A DNA stretch of 59,660 nucleotides, filler included, from Sphacelaria rigidula (lineage: Eukaryota), in NCBI GenBank assembly GCA_964200075.2. It is 8 parts of 8 records of this genome, joined end to end, with 100 filler letters (N's around TTAATTAATTAA, not from the genome) between each part and the next. Parts side by side here need not be neighbours in the genome. Positions count along the whole stretch, not along the records: positions 44,823 to 52,191 come from CAXNAA020015221.1; positions 52,292 to 59,660 come from CAXNAA020015222.1; 6 more parts are not named here. One strand, given 5' to 3'. The notes beneath the pieces were generated by a model. The model ran no database searches. It saw nothing but the letters and a program-made list of their open reading frames with translations, and was not told where the DNA came from. The position numbers and the translations under genes were made by a program. Below are positions 48,147 to 59,660 of the stretch, piece after piece; the first letter of the stretch is position 1; each line of letters starts with the position of its first letter.

Positions 48147-51100
48147 GCTCAACCCACGGCAAACGGTAAAACTACGTCACGAAAGGTGTGGTCTCTAGCG
48201 ACTGATGACCTGCTCCAGCTGCTCAAAACCACCCCAGACTTTGCTATCGCGGCGCTCGCCTCTCTGGCCAAGGATTTACGCAACCAAGCAAAGGCAAGGG
48301 AAAATAAAGCGTGTTGGTGCGAATTCCTCTCTGCATTGTTGTGGTGATATATCGTCTCATCAGGAGGGCTGAATTTGGCAGTGGGATGGAAATACTCGTG
48401 GTGTGGCGTGTATGCGCGAAAATCGATCAATCGGTCGACCAATCGCGAGCGACGCATTGAAACGTTTTGCCTTTTATGGAGTCCATGTGCTTTTTGGCTG
48501 TATGTGTTCAAACACACGTGCAGCCCCCCTCCCCCCCCCTATGTGGGTTTTGTTAAAAGTAGATGTTGCTTAACCTTGTCGGCCTCTTTCTTGTCGCGTC
48601 TTGCTGTCCAATTTAGCGTTTCAGGACTTCATCGCGAATTACCACGTGGTTCCACATTTCCCCGCGCGTCTGCCCCCCTCATAAAGTCTAGTGGCGGTTT
48701 CATTATCCACATTTCGCTTTACAGTTAGCTAAAAAAAATATCGCGCTGGCCCCTCCCCCAGACGTTGTCTGTGCTCACGAAGATGGCCGGAAAGAAAGGC
48801 GGAGACAGCTTCGAGGGCGTGAAAGTCATGTGCTACGACTCCACCGGTTGGGTGCGGGAGAACTTCCAGGCCAAGGCCGAGGAGCACAACAAGGTGTGAC
48901 GCACAAATATGTTTGCACTCTGGTTGTGTATGTGTATGCTTGTCTGTACCGTAAGCCGTATCCTACGACGCGCACCTTTGATGATACAGTGGGCGAGCAC
49001 GACGTGTTTGGGAGACCATGGAGTGTAACTGGTGGGGTGTTTTGCACACATCTACCCCCCCCTCCCCCAAGTGTAGCCAGTAGATCTTACGTATTCGTGG
49101 TTGAAACGGTCGGTTGAATGATTTTATAGTGAACACCCATGCTCGGATCTTTAGAGAGGCTGGCAGTCGCCAGTGCTCCTAGCTTGCCCAGAAGGCGCTA
49201 TCGTCCACGTCGACGCTGCAGACGTCATTTTGAGGGTCTGCCAAGGCACACGCCATATTTTATAGAGCATCCTTAGAACCTCCCTTCCCCGAGGCTTCTC
49301 GTATGCCTGGGGTTGGGGTTGGGATTCGGGTTGGCGTTACTTCGAAATCGGTAAATTTCCGATAGCGTTCTGTCAACCATTTTCTCAACAAACGAGCAAA
49401 CACGACTCAATATAACAATGTAGTACGCAAGTGATGACCGAACAATACAAGCAGCTGGCGATGATGGCTTCGCACCTCACAAATTGTGTCCGCAGTAGCT
49501 GAAACTCTCGCAATCTCCTGAAGAAACAGCAAGCATGCGTGTTCTCCACCGGGTTTCGTATCGTGAGGTCATTCGCGATATGCTCGATCGGTGCGCAGGT
49601 TGTTCGTTTCGCTCCCTCGTATGTTATTTGTACAATTTTCTCCCTTCCCTGCCCCCATTTCTTTCTTGCCAGAACGCGAGCCCGAAGGAACAGATAATTG
49701 TGGAGTACACGTCGGACACGCTTAGCATCTCCTCCATTTCATTGGCAGTCGGGTGAGAGGCAGAAAAAGTTGAGATGCAAGCGAGGACTTGGGAACGTAA
49801 AAACTGATACACACAATGGCGACGCAACGACGGTAGACTTCTGCGCGTCCCCGACTGGACGAAAACATTTTCCGACGAAACATTGTGCGTGCAGAAGGAT
49901 CTCGTGCGGTGTACGGACAAGTTCCTTGGATCGATTACCTGCGTTCCAAGCCATGGCCCTACGGACGTCACGCAGCCGCTGATGTCCAAGATTGAATGAG
50001 CACGGCACACCGTGAGATGCAAGCTTTCACCTATCTGTATGTTTGAGTCTACTACTGTACTCTACAGTCATTGGTCTGTGAATGTTGAACCCGTCCTCCG
50101 GTGTCCTTGTGCTGGATGAAAGGTATGACGTGGTGTGCTTGTTTGTCAACGACGAGGCGGACGGAGAGATCCTCAAGTCGCTTGGGGTCTTCGGAGTCGG
50201 CATGGTGGCTCTCAGGTGAGCAAACCCTGTTGCACCCGTGCACGAGCCGTCCCACAGCAGGGGTGAGAGCCAATTTGTTGTCCGAAGCCAGGAGATCCAT
50301 GGGTGTGATGTACAACGACAATTTGTTTTTTTGTTTTTTTGCCACACTTCGAACCTCTCCCTCTCCTCGGGAATAATCCGTAGCCTCCAGGGGTGAACCT
50401 ACTTTCCTGCCGGCACGAGTCTTGCATGTAGATATCGCCGATGGGAGAGGCTCTCTCGCGCTTCGTCGAATATCGTCGAATAAAGTCGCTTGCGACCCAA
50501 GTCCTCCCCTTGTTAACGATGGAAATGAGATACATGTCAGAATAGAAACACACAACTGCACCTGCCGGAAATTGAAGCCGTATCCTGCCGATTAAGCTTG
50601 GTCCAGCTGAACCTAATTGGACCGTCGGAGCGCGGCCTCTGTACGCGCATTTTCGCGGGGTATTCTGTCGTCAAAGAAATTTCGACATTTCGCTGAACGT
50701 CGATGTGAAGATCACTTGAAGTACTGTTTACTGCGTTGAGCAACGCCGCTCAGTTTTTTTAGTTCGAGCGACACCCGTGGCCGATCCCCCTTCCCTCCGA
50801 CCTTGGGGTGGCTTCTGTGACCATCCTCCGATCGTGAGTTCCGAACTAGGAGGCGTGGGCGTCGTGGTTGGGTAGGTCGGTGCAGTAGCTGGTCGGGGGC
50901 GAAGTTGTGGCCCGAGTGAACACTCGGGAAAACAAGGCAATGGGTTGTTTGTTCTGCTCGCGTATCTCGCAAAACGGTCACGGGTTTTGAGCGCACAGTA
51001 GCGTTGGAGCATGTGCGTGCTGTGCGAAGGGCCAAGTGTATGTGAGGAGATGAGGATGTAGTTCCGAATCGACGCATTTCGAGATTTATTTAATCTGTGG

Positions 51101-51338
51101 CACTTGGGTGGAAGCACGGTGTGAAGCGCAGGAGTCGAGATCAGCAGCATCAAGTCAAGAACTACGCGTGGAAGAATGGCATGAGACAGTGTGATTCGTG
51201 GCACGGTGCTATATGCATGGTATGACAAAACGTGCCGTATGACCACGACGTTGTTCTCAGGTGTGCCGGATTCGACAAAGTGAACGTCCCTGCCGCGCAG
51301 GCCTTGGGCTTGACTGTAGCCCGGGTACCAGCCTACAG
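47354..51338 (+). CDS. ldhA: Partial spliced gene: cNMP-binding domain fused to NAD-dependent D-lactate dehydrogenase (D-2-hydroxyacid dehydrogenase, LdhA-like)
   Basis: Six phase-consistent exons: 47354-47519 (VESGVLKRVKHHREGPGEFLVDCKEAGSVTGLLHVLTPGDSDAAFATVKAEGDAK), 48186-48293 (VWSLATDDLLQLLKTTPDFAIAALASLAKDLRNQAK), 48762-48893 (TLSVLTKMAGKKGGDSFEGVKVMCYDSTGWVRENFQAKAEEHNK), 49673-49752 (NASPKEQIIVEYTSDTLSISSISLAVG), 50123-50215 (YDVVCLFVNDEADGEILKSLGVFGVGMVALR), 51261-51338 (CAGFDKVNVPAAQALGLTVARVPAY). The motifs VCxFVND, ALRCAGF and VxRVPAY are diagnostic of LdhA-type enzymes. Exons 1-2 match the CNB beta-roll plus hinge/C-helix. The 5' and 3' ends were not found in the contig. Confidence 0.9.
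48105..48143 (+). repeat. (CT)n microsatellite; others include (GTT)n at 47306-47345 and (TA)n at 2586-2603, 31701-31722 and 47529-47546
   Basis: Directly visible. Confidence 0.95.
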
Positions 51339-52806
51339 GTGCGGTCTCACCGTAACTCCCGAAAACTAGGCAAAAACAAGAGTCAATGCTCTCAATAGGT
51401 GTCGTTATATTCATGGTGAGCTTTCAATTTAGTTGGAGTAAGTACCGCTTCTTGTCCAGCTTTTCGTGCACTACCTGCCACAGACAGCCATATATGTATC
51501 CTAAGGCTTATTGCTGCCGCCGCGAACTAACCCACAGGTATGCCATCTTGTCTCAGTGCACGACAACGCCAACCGTCGTTGCCTCTGCTCGTGTGGGGCA
51601 TGTGTACGTAATCGGAACCGAAGCTGGGTTTTTTTTTCGGAGTCGCGTTCAAGATTCTCATGACAACGGCTTGCTTGAACATTATGAGGCGAGACACCAT
51701 TTGTGAATAGATCACCCTGTGAAACACTGACCGACACGGTATCTGCAGATCACCTTCTATCAGTTTGCGATCCCGACTTTGTCTTTCGGTCGTCAGGCCT
51801 AACTTCGACTACATACATCTCGTGCACGCATGCATAGAGCCGAGATCACTGTGTGGGGAGGTAAAGTGGAAGGTTGACGCAAAGAATAATGATAATATCC
51901 GAATCGAAACGTAGCTCTGATACGCACGGATCCGTTGTTAAACGGATAAAAATGTATATGCACCCGAGAAAACTGGCGATGCTTAAAGCTATTTACGAAC
52001 TGCCGAGACGTGGACAGGTAACGAGAATACACACGGGAACCTTGGATGAGAGAAAAAAAAAAGCCTAAACGCGACGTACACATCCCGACACAACAACACA
52101 CCCAACACTCAGGACCAAGTCGAGCCACTTCCCCCCCCCCCAGCCGCCACACTCTCCGATGCCCGGTAGCACAATGCTGTTTGAATTTCATNNNNNNNNN
52201 NNNNNNNNNNNNNNNNNNNNNNNNNNNNNNNNNNNTTAATTAATTAANNNNNNNNNNNNNNNNNNNNNNNNNNNNNNNNNNNNNNNNNNNNCTCCGGGTT
52301 CTCATCCTCAATGAAAAGCACCATCCTCAACATAGATGATCGGCTGTTGTGAGTAGGAACCGACGATCAATACAGAACAGGCTGCGTCTGGGGCTAATAT
52401 ATCACTTTTACTTGGCAGTCCAGTGTTGTCCTTGATTCATTGATTGATTATCACACATTTGCCTCACAAAGGAAAGAAGAAAGGAAGCAGCGAAAACAAC
52501 AAAAACAACAGCACCACCACCACCAACAACAACAAAAAACAACAAAAACGAGAACAAACAAAAACAGCAATAATAACAACAAAATGACAACAAACATAAC
52601 GCCTATTGACTAAAATATCGAGTAGCATGCACCCTCCGTGATACTTCTGATGAGTACAGCTTCTAGAGCTTCACTTGGGTATGACCTCAATACTCTACTC
52701 AAATTTTGAGTAGATCGAGTATGATCTCAGATGCTCCAGTCAAATATGGAGGAAGAACTGTCAGTAATCTTGTCAGTAATACCTGAGTATAGACTATTAC
52801 TTGAGT

Positions 52807-53170
52807 GTGTGTGAGTTATCGCCCCATTTATTCTGGGCGTCAGTCTAACCCTTTCGGGATATGTGGGCGCATCAGCCGGGGCCACACGGGAGGAAGGTCA
52901 ACACGGGAGCTTTTTCTTTTTTATCTGCCTTGAGTACCCCACCACCTTCCTTCTGCGGTGTTTGCCTTTTTCTTTTTTTATCGCGAGAGGGGCCCAGCAG
53001 TTCCTCTCCCTCGTCGACCGTTAAGTCGAACTTTCTGTACCCACGATAAAGTCGCTCTCCCTGTTGGGCATGGTGTAAGACAAAATCCCAGATCGCTCCG
53101 GGAATCGAACCCCACAACTCAACCGTCAGAGGGTTACGAGGTTACCAGCTGAGCCACCGGGGCGACCGGC
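52807..53170 (-). mobile_element. tRNA-derived SINE, full-length copy inserted in a MITE-like element
   Basis: Head GCCGGTCGCCCCGGTGGCTCAGCTGG...GGTTCGATTCCC; same body as 9025-9395. Candidate target-site duplication TTGAGT at 52801-52806 and 53172-53177. Confidence 0.8.
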
Positions 53171-56100
53171 TTTGAGTATGATGACCTCAATACTCTAATC
53201 AAATTTCAAGTAGATTGAGTACGACCTCAAATACTGTACTCTACTAAAAAAAATAAGTCGTAAAATAATATTAAATAAGTAGAGTATACTCTACTCGACC
53301 TGCCGTTGAATGATCCTACAACAGTATCGCACTTTCCCGATCATCCGTGCGCCGAGTTTTTTTTCAGCCGGATTCCCCATGTTATGGGCTGCGGACGAAA
53401 TCGGAAATGGATCCGGAAAAAGGTAAAACTGGGCGCACAAAAGATCGGAAAAGTGCACTAGAACCCGCTTGGGAAGCATATGACATCTTTCAGGGGGGGC
53501 TCAATCCGCCAAGGACCGTATTCCGCCTGAAATCCGTGAGGAAATGCTCAGAAAGAGCATTTCCCCGAGTCTCCGTTTCTCGAGTGTAGGAGAAGCGGCC
53601 GAAGCTACCGCCTCTACCATTGTTTCGGAATCGCTTTGGGGCCACTGTACTCAAAGGATACGACAGCATAGCCCCTAGATACTAGATACCACCTGACGAT
53701 ACTCGTGGAACGGGAAATTCCCATCGACTTTGCGGCCATGAATGTAAGGCTCATTTGTTCTGAACGAATATATCCAAAATGGACATTCAATAAAATATAC
53801 TGATTCTATATCTCACTACAGGAACTTGTGCACAAACCGAATGAAACAAGAATAATCCCTGAATTCAGGAAAAGGCCTCAAAATGAACGATTCGATCTCC
53901 TTCATTCTAAATATGAAATTTTGTTTTTGTTTTTGTCCCACACTCCGCTTATGTGGCATTTTAATACTAGACGACGCTGCATGCACAACTATAAGGTACA
54001 CGGGCAGGAGCGTCTTATCACACAAAACAGCGAGCGATTGGACTGCGACGCCGAGCACTTGAGGCGCTCGACAGTTGCAGAGGAGAGAGCAGCCACGGCA
54101 ATCTCATCAGTTCGAGCAACAATCAAGTCCTCGATAGGCGTCTGTTTGGTCGGCAGCAATCACCCGCGAGGAATCGGCGGAAAAACTCTACCGTCTGGCT
54201 GCATTGCCGATCTGCCGTCAGCTGGTGGGTCAGTTTTTTTGTGCCGCGACAACCTTTCAAAGCTAGGCGGGAGATCGGAAGGCACAGGCTTCTGACGAAC
54301 GGTGAGCAAAACATTCCCCCTATGTTGCGATGTTCGGCGGGTAGCCGAGTGATTATTCTGTTTTCGTTCGGGGATCGATATATTCCGTTTTCCCTGTAGA
54401 TCTACATCACACCGTATCATGAGCGGGGTTCCGCTTGTGCGTTCAAGATCAACTTGTACGATGGTGCTACGCATACCAACCCCATTCAAATCCAGGAAGG
54501 CAGTTCGAGCCGTCTCACCCATGTGATACACTGAACTCAGTAGCCAATGGAAAGTGTGAAACATGATGGTTCTACAGCAATATCCCTCTTACCATGAACT
54601 CTCTGCTCTCGTTCCGCCAGCTGTAACGTGACGTCTGCTGTGCAACGGAGTGATCATTTGCCACTAGGGCCGCAAGATATTGACAAAACTCACAAGACGC
54701 CGTCAAAATTATATTCTCGGTCAGAGACGTCGCCGACTCTTCTGTACAGCTGTGATGTGGCCTTCCCTGTTTTCCCGCACTTGTCTGAATGCAAGACCAC
54801 GTGATTGTTTTGCAAAACCGTTTGGTCAAAACCGTTTGATTTTGTTATGTGCACATGAGACTGATTCCCTAGATGGGTGGATACCTGTTGCTCGAAGGAT
54901 GGCGCGCGCGATCGGGTAAATGCACCCTACCTCGCAGTGTTCATCACTCCGATACAACGTGGTGGCAGCTGAAGACAAGCTTACTCGCAGCACATCAGAA
55001 GCTGAGACTTTGCTCTCAATCTCCGGCACGCTGTAAGTTGAATCCTCGTGAGAAGGCGTGAAAATTACCCCACCCCCTCAGACGTCCGAAAAACTCAAGT
55101 GCTGTATGTACACAGGTGTTTGTTTGTTTGCACGTGCACAAGAATCTTGTAACTCCACAACATGCGAGGTTTCATTCAGTAGAGGTGTCTCAAACTCGAC
55201 TTTCCCCATATTGTTTCAGAGTAATTTAGTAAACCGGGAACCCCGAGTTTGAGATACTTCTACTGGCCACGTATATATCTTTCTGTTTTCAAGGTACAAC
55301 TCACATGCATCATGTCACTAATCAATAACGAAGGCATGGGCAGAGGATCGATGTCAGCGCGCCCAATTTGCTTCCATACAGAGGCCAGTGCGTGTAAGCG
55401 TTGCATTGAAAAGATAAACACACCACCACGGATAGCATCAAGATTGAAGGTTCGCAGTACTCCCGTACTGTTGTACTGTCACTGTGGCCTGAGCCTGACA
55501 CCATGCAGCAGGAGTCAAGCTTATGCCTTGATGCGTTGGATTGTGATGCCGTCATTGGACCGCAGCGTGCTACGGCTTGGTGCCCGCCACCGGTCAGGTG
55601 ATGACATCTCTGATGTACTACATGTACACTGGCTGTAGAGCGTGTCAATATTTGCCCTTCGATTGTGACTGAGTCAGCAACGCCTTGCTCCGGAAGCCGC
55701 CTCCGAGTGCTGGATGATGTGTTGTAGAAGTCAATCCAATCCTGTGGTCGTTGTCGGTACCCCCTCTGGTGCATGGTTGTTTCTTTCACACGATACCACC
55801 AAAACCGGATTTTGAGCTGGGTATCCCTTCTCGGCTAGTCTTCACCACAGCTCTGAAACGCATTTCGTCTGTAGGAAGCACATACCATCGGGGAGTACTG
55901 CCGTACACACAGTACGGCAGGCGGAGTACACGGTACTCGAGGAGTACGAGCCCTTATAGTTCTTCAGTTCTTCCAAAACCCCGCTACCGGTAATGGAGCG
56001 ACGATCATCTAGACGGAACATAATCACAGCAAAGGTGTAGCCGTGGCACTATTGCCTTTCAAATGAAACAGCGAAATGATTGACGATCGAGTTACGTGAG

Positions 56101-58014
56101 AATCGCAACCCGTGAATTCGTCGATGTTTTCACTACGGCTCATCGGGACGCATGAGATGCCCTCCCCCGAAACAAGATTGTTCAAGGAGACTTGCAAGTC
56201 TCCCACCCGCCCCGGCTTTTTCTGATGCAAATTTGACTTCCCACGAGTAGGCGTCCTTGATTATGCTGAAATCTCTCACATCGCAGATAAGTACTTTTAT
56301 ACGGAAAGTAGCTGCAGCGTTTTGCTGTCTGAAGTGCCGTCGGTGATAATCGCAGCACGGAGGGGATGTGTCCGACAGTGAAGGAAGCCAAGCTGCTACA
56401 TCATACCTCAGTCGCTGCTTCGTGTAGCCGGTGCACGGTTACAGACAATGTGATCGTGACAATGGGGGATGAGGGGACAGATGAAAAATGAATTTCTCGG
56501 GCTCCGGCAAGGCTTCGGTACAAAAAACAATAGATGAATGTTGTCGGGATCTCATGACTTATCACTCGGGGGTAGTACAGCACGCCAAAAACATGCGACG
56601 CCAAACCTTGCTTTTGTGTTCCTCATGTGAGCATGAACCCGCGATACCTCTTCGCATTACGGCGCATGAAGTGTCTATGTCGTTTTGCGGCAGTAGCTGT
56701 GTTTGATATCCAGCACCTCGATGAATCACACTTGGAGCGCGGGCCCAGTAAGGTGTCGTGTCACACCATCATCCGGCAGTCAATCCAATCCTACAAGATT
56801 TGGTAGGCTCTTGCATGTAGACGGACCTACCGGGTTTTCTGTTTTGCTCGGTGGCCATTCCAACAACTTCAAAGAGCCAGTTTTTGAACCCAAACCCTGC
56901 GAGGGAACGGTAGGTGGGCAATTATGGGTGGAGATGGACTGCTGTGCTTTCTCGGTTGTACTCTCTATTGTCTGTTGTACAATACTGAGCTGAACGTGAG
57001 TACAACACAAGTGATAGAAGTTGAACGTGAGTACGACCGTATACACTTTTCGTGCTACACTGTTGGCGTTCAACCTAATGTGCACGTATACTCGAGTTAA
57101 TTATCGCTGTGTTTCACCACTTTTTGCTTCTAGCGAGCGCCACCTTCGATGTGCTCCTTGAGATTTTTCTCATGATCGGGCCCTCGTGCAGATCTGAGCG
57201 GCCGTGAGTAACCGCCAGGACCGTTGGGAACTTCGAGTTCGGGCAACAGAGTGTATACCGTCTAGTGTTTCAGTGCATTACCCGATATTTCGTGTCCGAT
57301 GATCGGGAATTCGTAGGTCATCACCGTGTACAGACCCATGCACGATCTACCTTTCAATCCGCGTGACAGAAAGAAAGTACCGACACTGAGTGCAGCACAG
57401 CAGACACCAAACGAGGCAATCGAGGCTTGGTGTAGACATGTGAAAGACGCTTGTTCTGTGTGGTCGTTGCAGCCGCCGCTGAAAGGTACGCCAGGATGGT
57501 CTTGAGCTCTGCAGAAGATGAGCGGTCCCTGACTTACCTCAATCGACACAAATGACAACTGCGGCGTTTTCGTTACTTGCCTGGGTCACGGACCGGTGGC
57601 TTGAACGGAAAACGTTGATCATAAGCGAAGCAACCCCAGGAATAGACTATCGAATCTCAGCCTGGCCTCAGCATCCACAACTGTATCGCTACAGACGCTG
57701 CGGTGCAGCAGACTCATGGGGCAAAGCATGATCGATGGATGTGTAGCGGAAAATCTTTTCGCAGACTTCAAGAGTTTTACTGGAAGGAACAGACGTGTAT
57801 TGTGCTGTAGAAGTGCAACCAAGGTTCGTGCACGAACCGTCAACCGCAGATGGGGTATTGGCATCAAAGTGCGCTCGAAACAGACTGTATGGCGATAAGA
57901 TGGGTTTTAATCAGCGGCCCAAAGTTTCTGCGACATGGAATGCAGTGTGCCATACTTCTGCTGAAGCCTCCCCTCTGAGGAGCACCGCAGTCTAGAGATA
58001 TGATGGCACCTCCT

Positions 58015-58015
<1 letters not shown>

Positions 58016-58045
<30 letters not shown>

Positions 58046-58240
58046 CTTCACATCAAAAATCGTTCCGATATCTACGCAGTACATTCATACTGGGCATCTG
58101 ATGCGGACACCTTCCGTGGTCACCTCCTCTTAGAAACGCAATACAGTCAGTTGGATTGGCTCATGACCTACCTCCAAGTAGGGATGGCACCAGAATCGGA
58201 CCGTGTGATGTAGAACCCCGCGATAGCCGAGGTGTTGGAA
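58016..58240 (-). mobile_element. Retroposon 3' end with (CAA)n tail
   Basis: Minus strand ends AGATATCGGAACGATTTTTGATGTGAAGAC(AAC)n, nearly identical to the start of contig 2 at 7472-7538 (AGATATCGGAACGGTTTTCAATGTGAAGAC(AAC)n). The upstream boundary is approximate. Confidence 0.65.
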
Positions 58241-59660
58241 ATTGTACTCATTTGTATCGAACTACGGACCATGGGGAGACCGCGTCTTACAGCGTTGACA
58301 CTACTGTCACCTAAGACGATGAAGAGTTTCGGAAAACGCTCGTGTCATTTCAGAGGCCAAATATCTCATAGTCAGAGAGAATGTAACGAAAAATTATTTC
58401 ACCATCCGTCAAACGTGGCATCCCCTCGACTTTTTTTCGATGAGGTACTTTTTCTTATTCTGCATGATGATTCTGAGATATTTGCCCTCTGAAATAACGA
58501 AGAAAGCGTTTCCCGAAATTCTCTATTATTGTCTCATTAGTGTTCGTATGGCAACACTATGAGTGCACTCCGTTCTGTTGTTCGTGGGGCGTAAGTATAC
58601 GGCGTCCAAAGTATTTGTTGGGCTTGGTTCGTGGTCTGGAAACTGATTGTAAAGTACAAGCTACGATGTACAAGCTCGGGATCGGAGGCAGAGGAAACGA
58701 GACCAAGACGGAGCAAATAGTACATTTACTGTGATTGTTGTGCAACCTACCACAGAATTAGCACTATATGGTCCGCCGGAACATAATCGAGACCAATGCC
58801 CGTATGGCTACCCCACACTTGTAGCCGCAACAGATTGTTGGGCGCATATTTCGGTTGGGCATCACTGTACTGTAATCCTGCCAGTGCAATGCTTCATCTG
58901 TGATCGCGAGTTGCACCTGACCAAACATACCCGGGCGCTCATCACCAGTCACTCATGCGTTCACACGGGAAATACCAGAACGACTCGAACAAGAACAGTA
59001 GCCGGAGAAGAAACGGGGGACTAGCGTATGATTGTCAACCATTTCATGTTTCTTATTTTTATTCCTAGGGGTACATGTACAGGTACGGGTAGCGCTTGTG
59101 GCTGTTCAACCTCTCAAACGCGACTCATGTGAAAAAAGAAGTAAAAAGTAGATATCATATCCCCCGGGCCCCTGGTTGATGCGTTTTCGGCGTTTGCATC
59201 TTATTTTGGGACATATGACGGTTGTGTCAAGTTGCACGGTTCTGTTGTCGGTACCGTAGCATTATATCCCTTCCCTAATTTCCATCCCCGGTGGTGATTT
59301 TCTGACCCGGCAGAGACTCGTTACCCAAGTGCCGTCTTAACGACATCGTCATTTTACTGCACTGCAATCTACTTCGCGATGCTGGATGCACGTACTCGGA
59401 GCGCTCGGCCGGTATTGGGATATCTTGCTAGATACTACAGGCTGGGCGAGCCTACAAGCGGATTTGTACTTCGCAGGCGAATTCGCATTTTTTTTCTTGG
59501 AGTTCGAAAGTCAAATTTGGAATGGACAATCAGCAGGGCATGAAGAAAAGCTATCTGTGAGGTCCCACCGATTTTTTCATTTTTTTCGTGAGTCAACCCT
59601 TAGACAGCGAGATTAGTCTTTCTGGGTCAGAGATACGATTTTTCACTTGAAATTGATGCC

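Noticed and set aside
50728-51414. 228-aa minus-strand ORF
   Set aside because: Antisense to an intron and exon 6 of the LDH gene; no motif.

Overview
This window is not one locus. It is eight unrelated, size-sorted contigs (7371, 7371, 7370, 7370, 7370, 7370, 7369 and 7369 bp) joined by artificial 100-bp linkers (44N-TTAATTAATTAA-44N). The DNA is eukaryotic, intron-rich and repeat-dense; the gene structure and repeat style suggest a brown alga or related stramenopile (inference). Most ORF-track entries are spurious. Spliced partial genes reconstructed by hand: (i) a cyclic-nucleotide-binding (CNB/Crp-type) domain fused to an LdhA-type D-lactate dehydrogenase, with two consecutive GC-AG introns (contig 7); (ii) the 3' end of a Trithorax/KMT2-type H3K4 methyltransferase with FYRC, Win motif, SET and post-SET (contig 6); (iii) mitochondrial fission protein Fis1 (contig 5); (iv) a small acidic protein of unknown function (contig 4). 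Mobile DNA includes a decayed Ty1/Copia element whose putative LTR has ~68-bp inverted ends, LINE remnants, tRNA-derived SINEs, several fold-back/MITE elements, and a ~40-60-bp dispersed motif (at least 9 copies) with a fixed end abutting C-tracts. Contig 3 is a palindrome with 2525-bp near-perfect arms around a 2.3-kb spacer holding unidentified decayed coding-like sequence. The most interesting items are the CNB-D-LDH fusion, the palindromic contig and the C-tract-associated short element. Identities were judged by eye; no searches were run.
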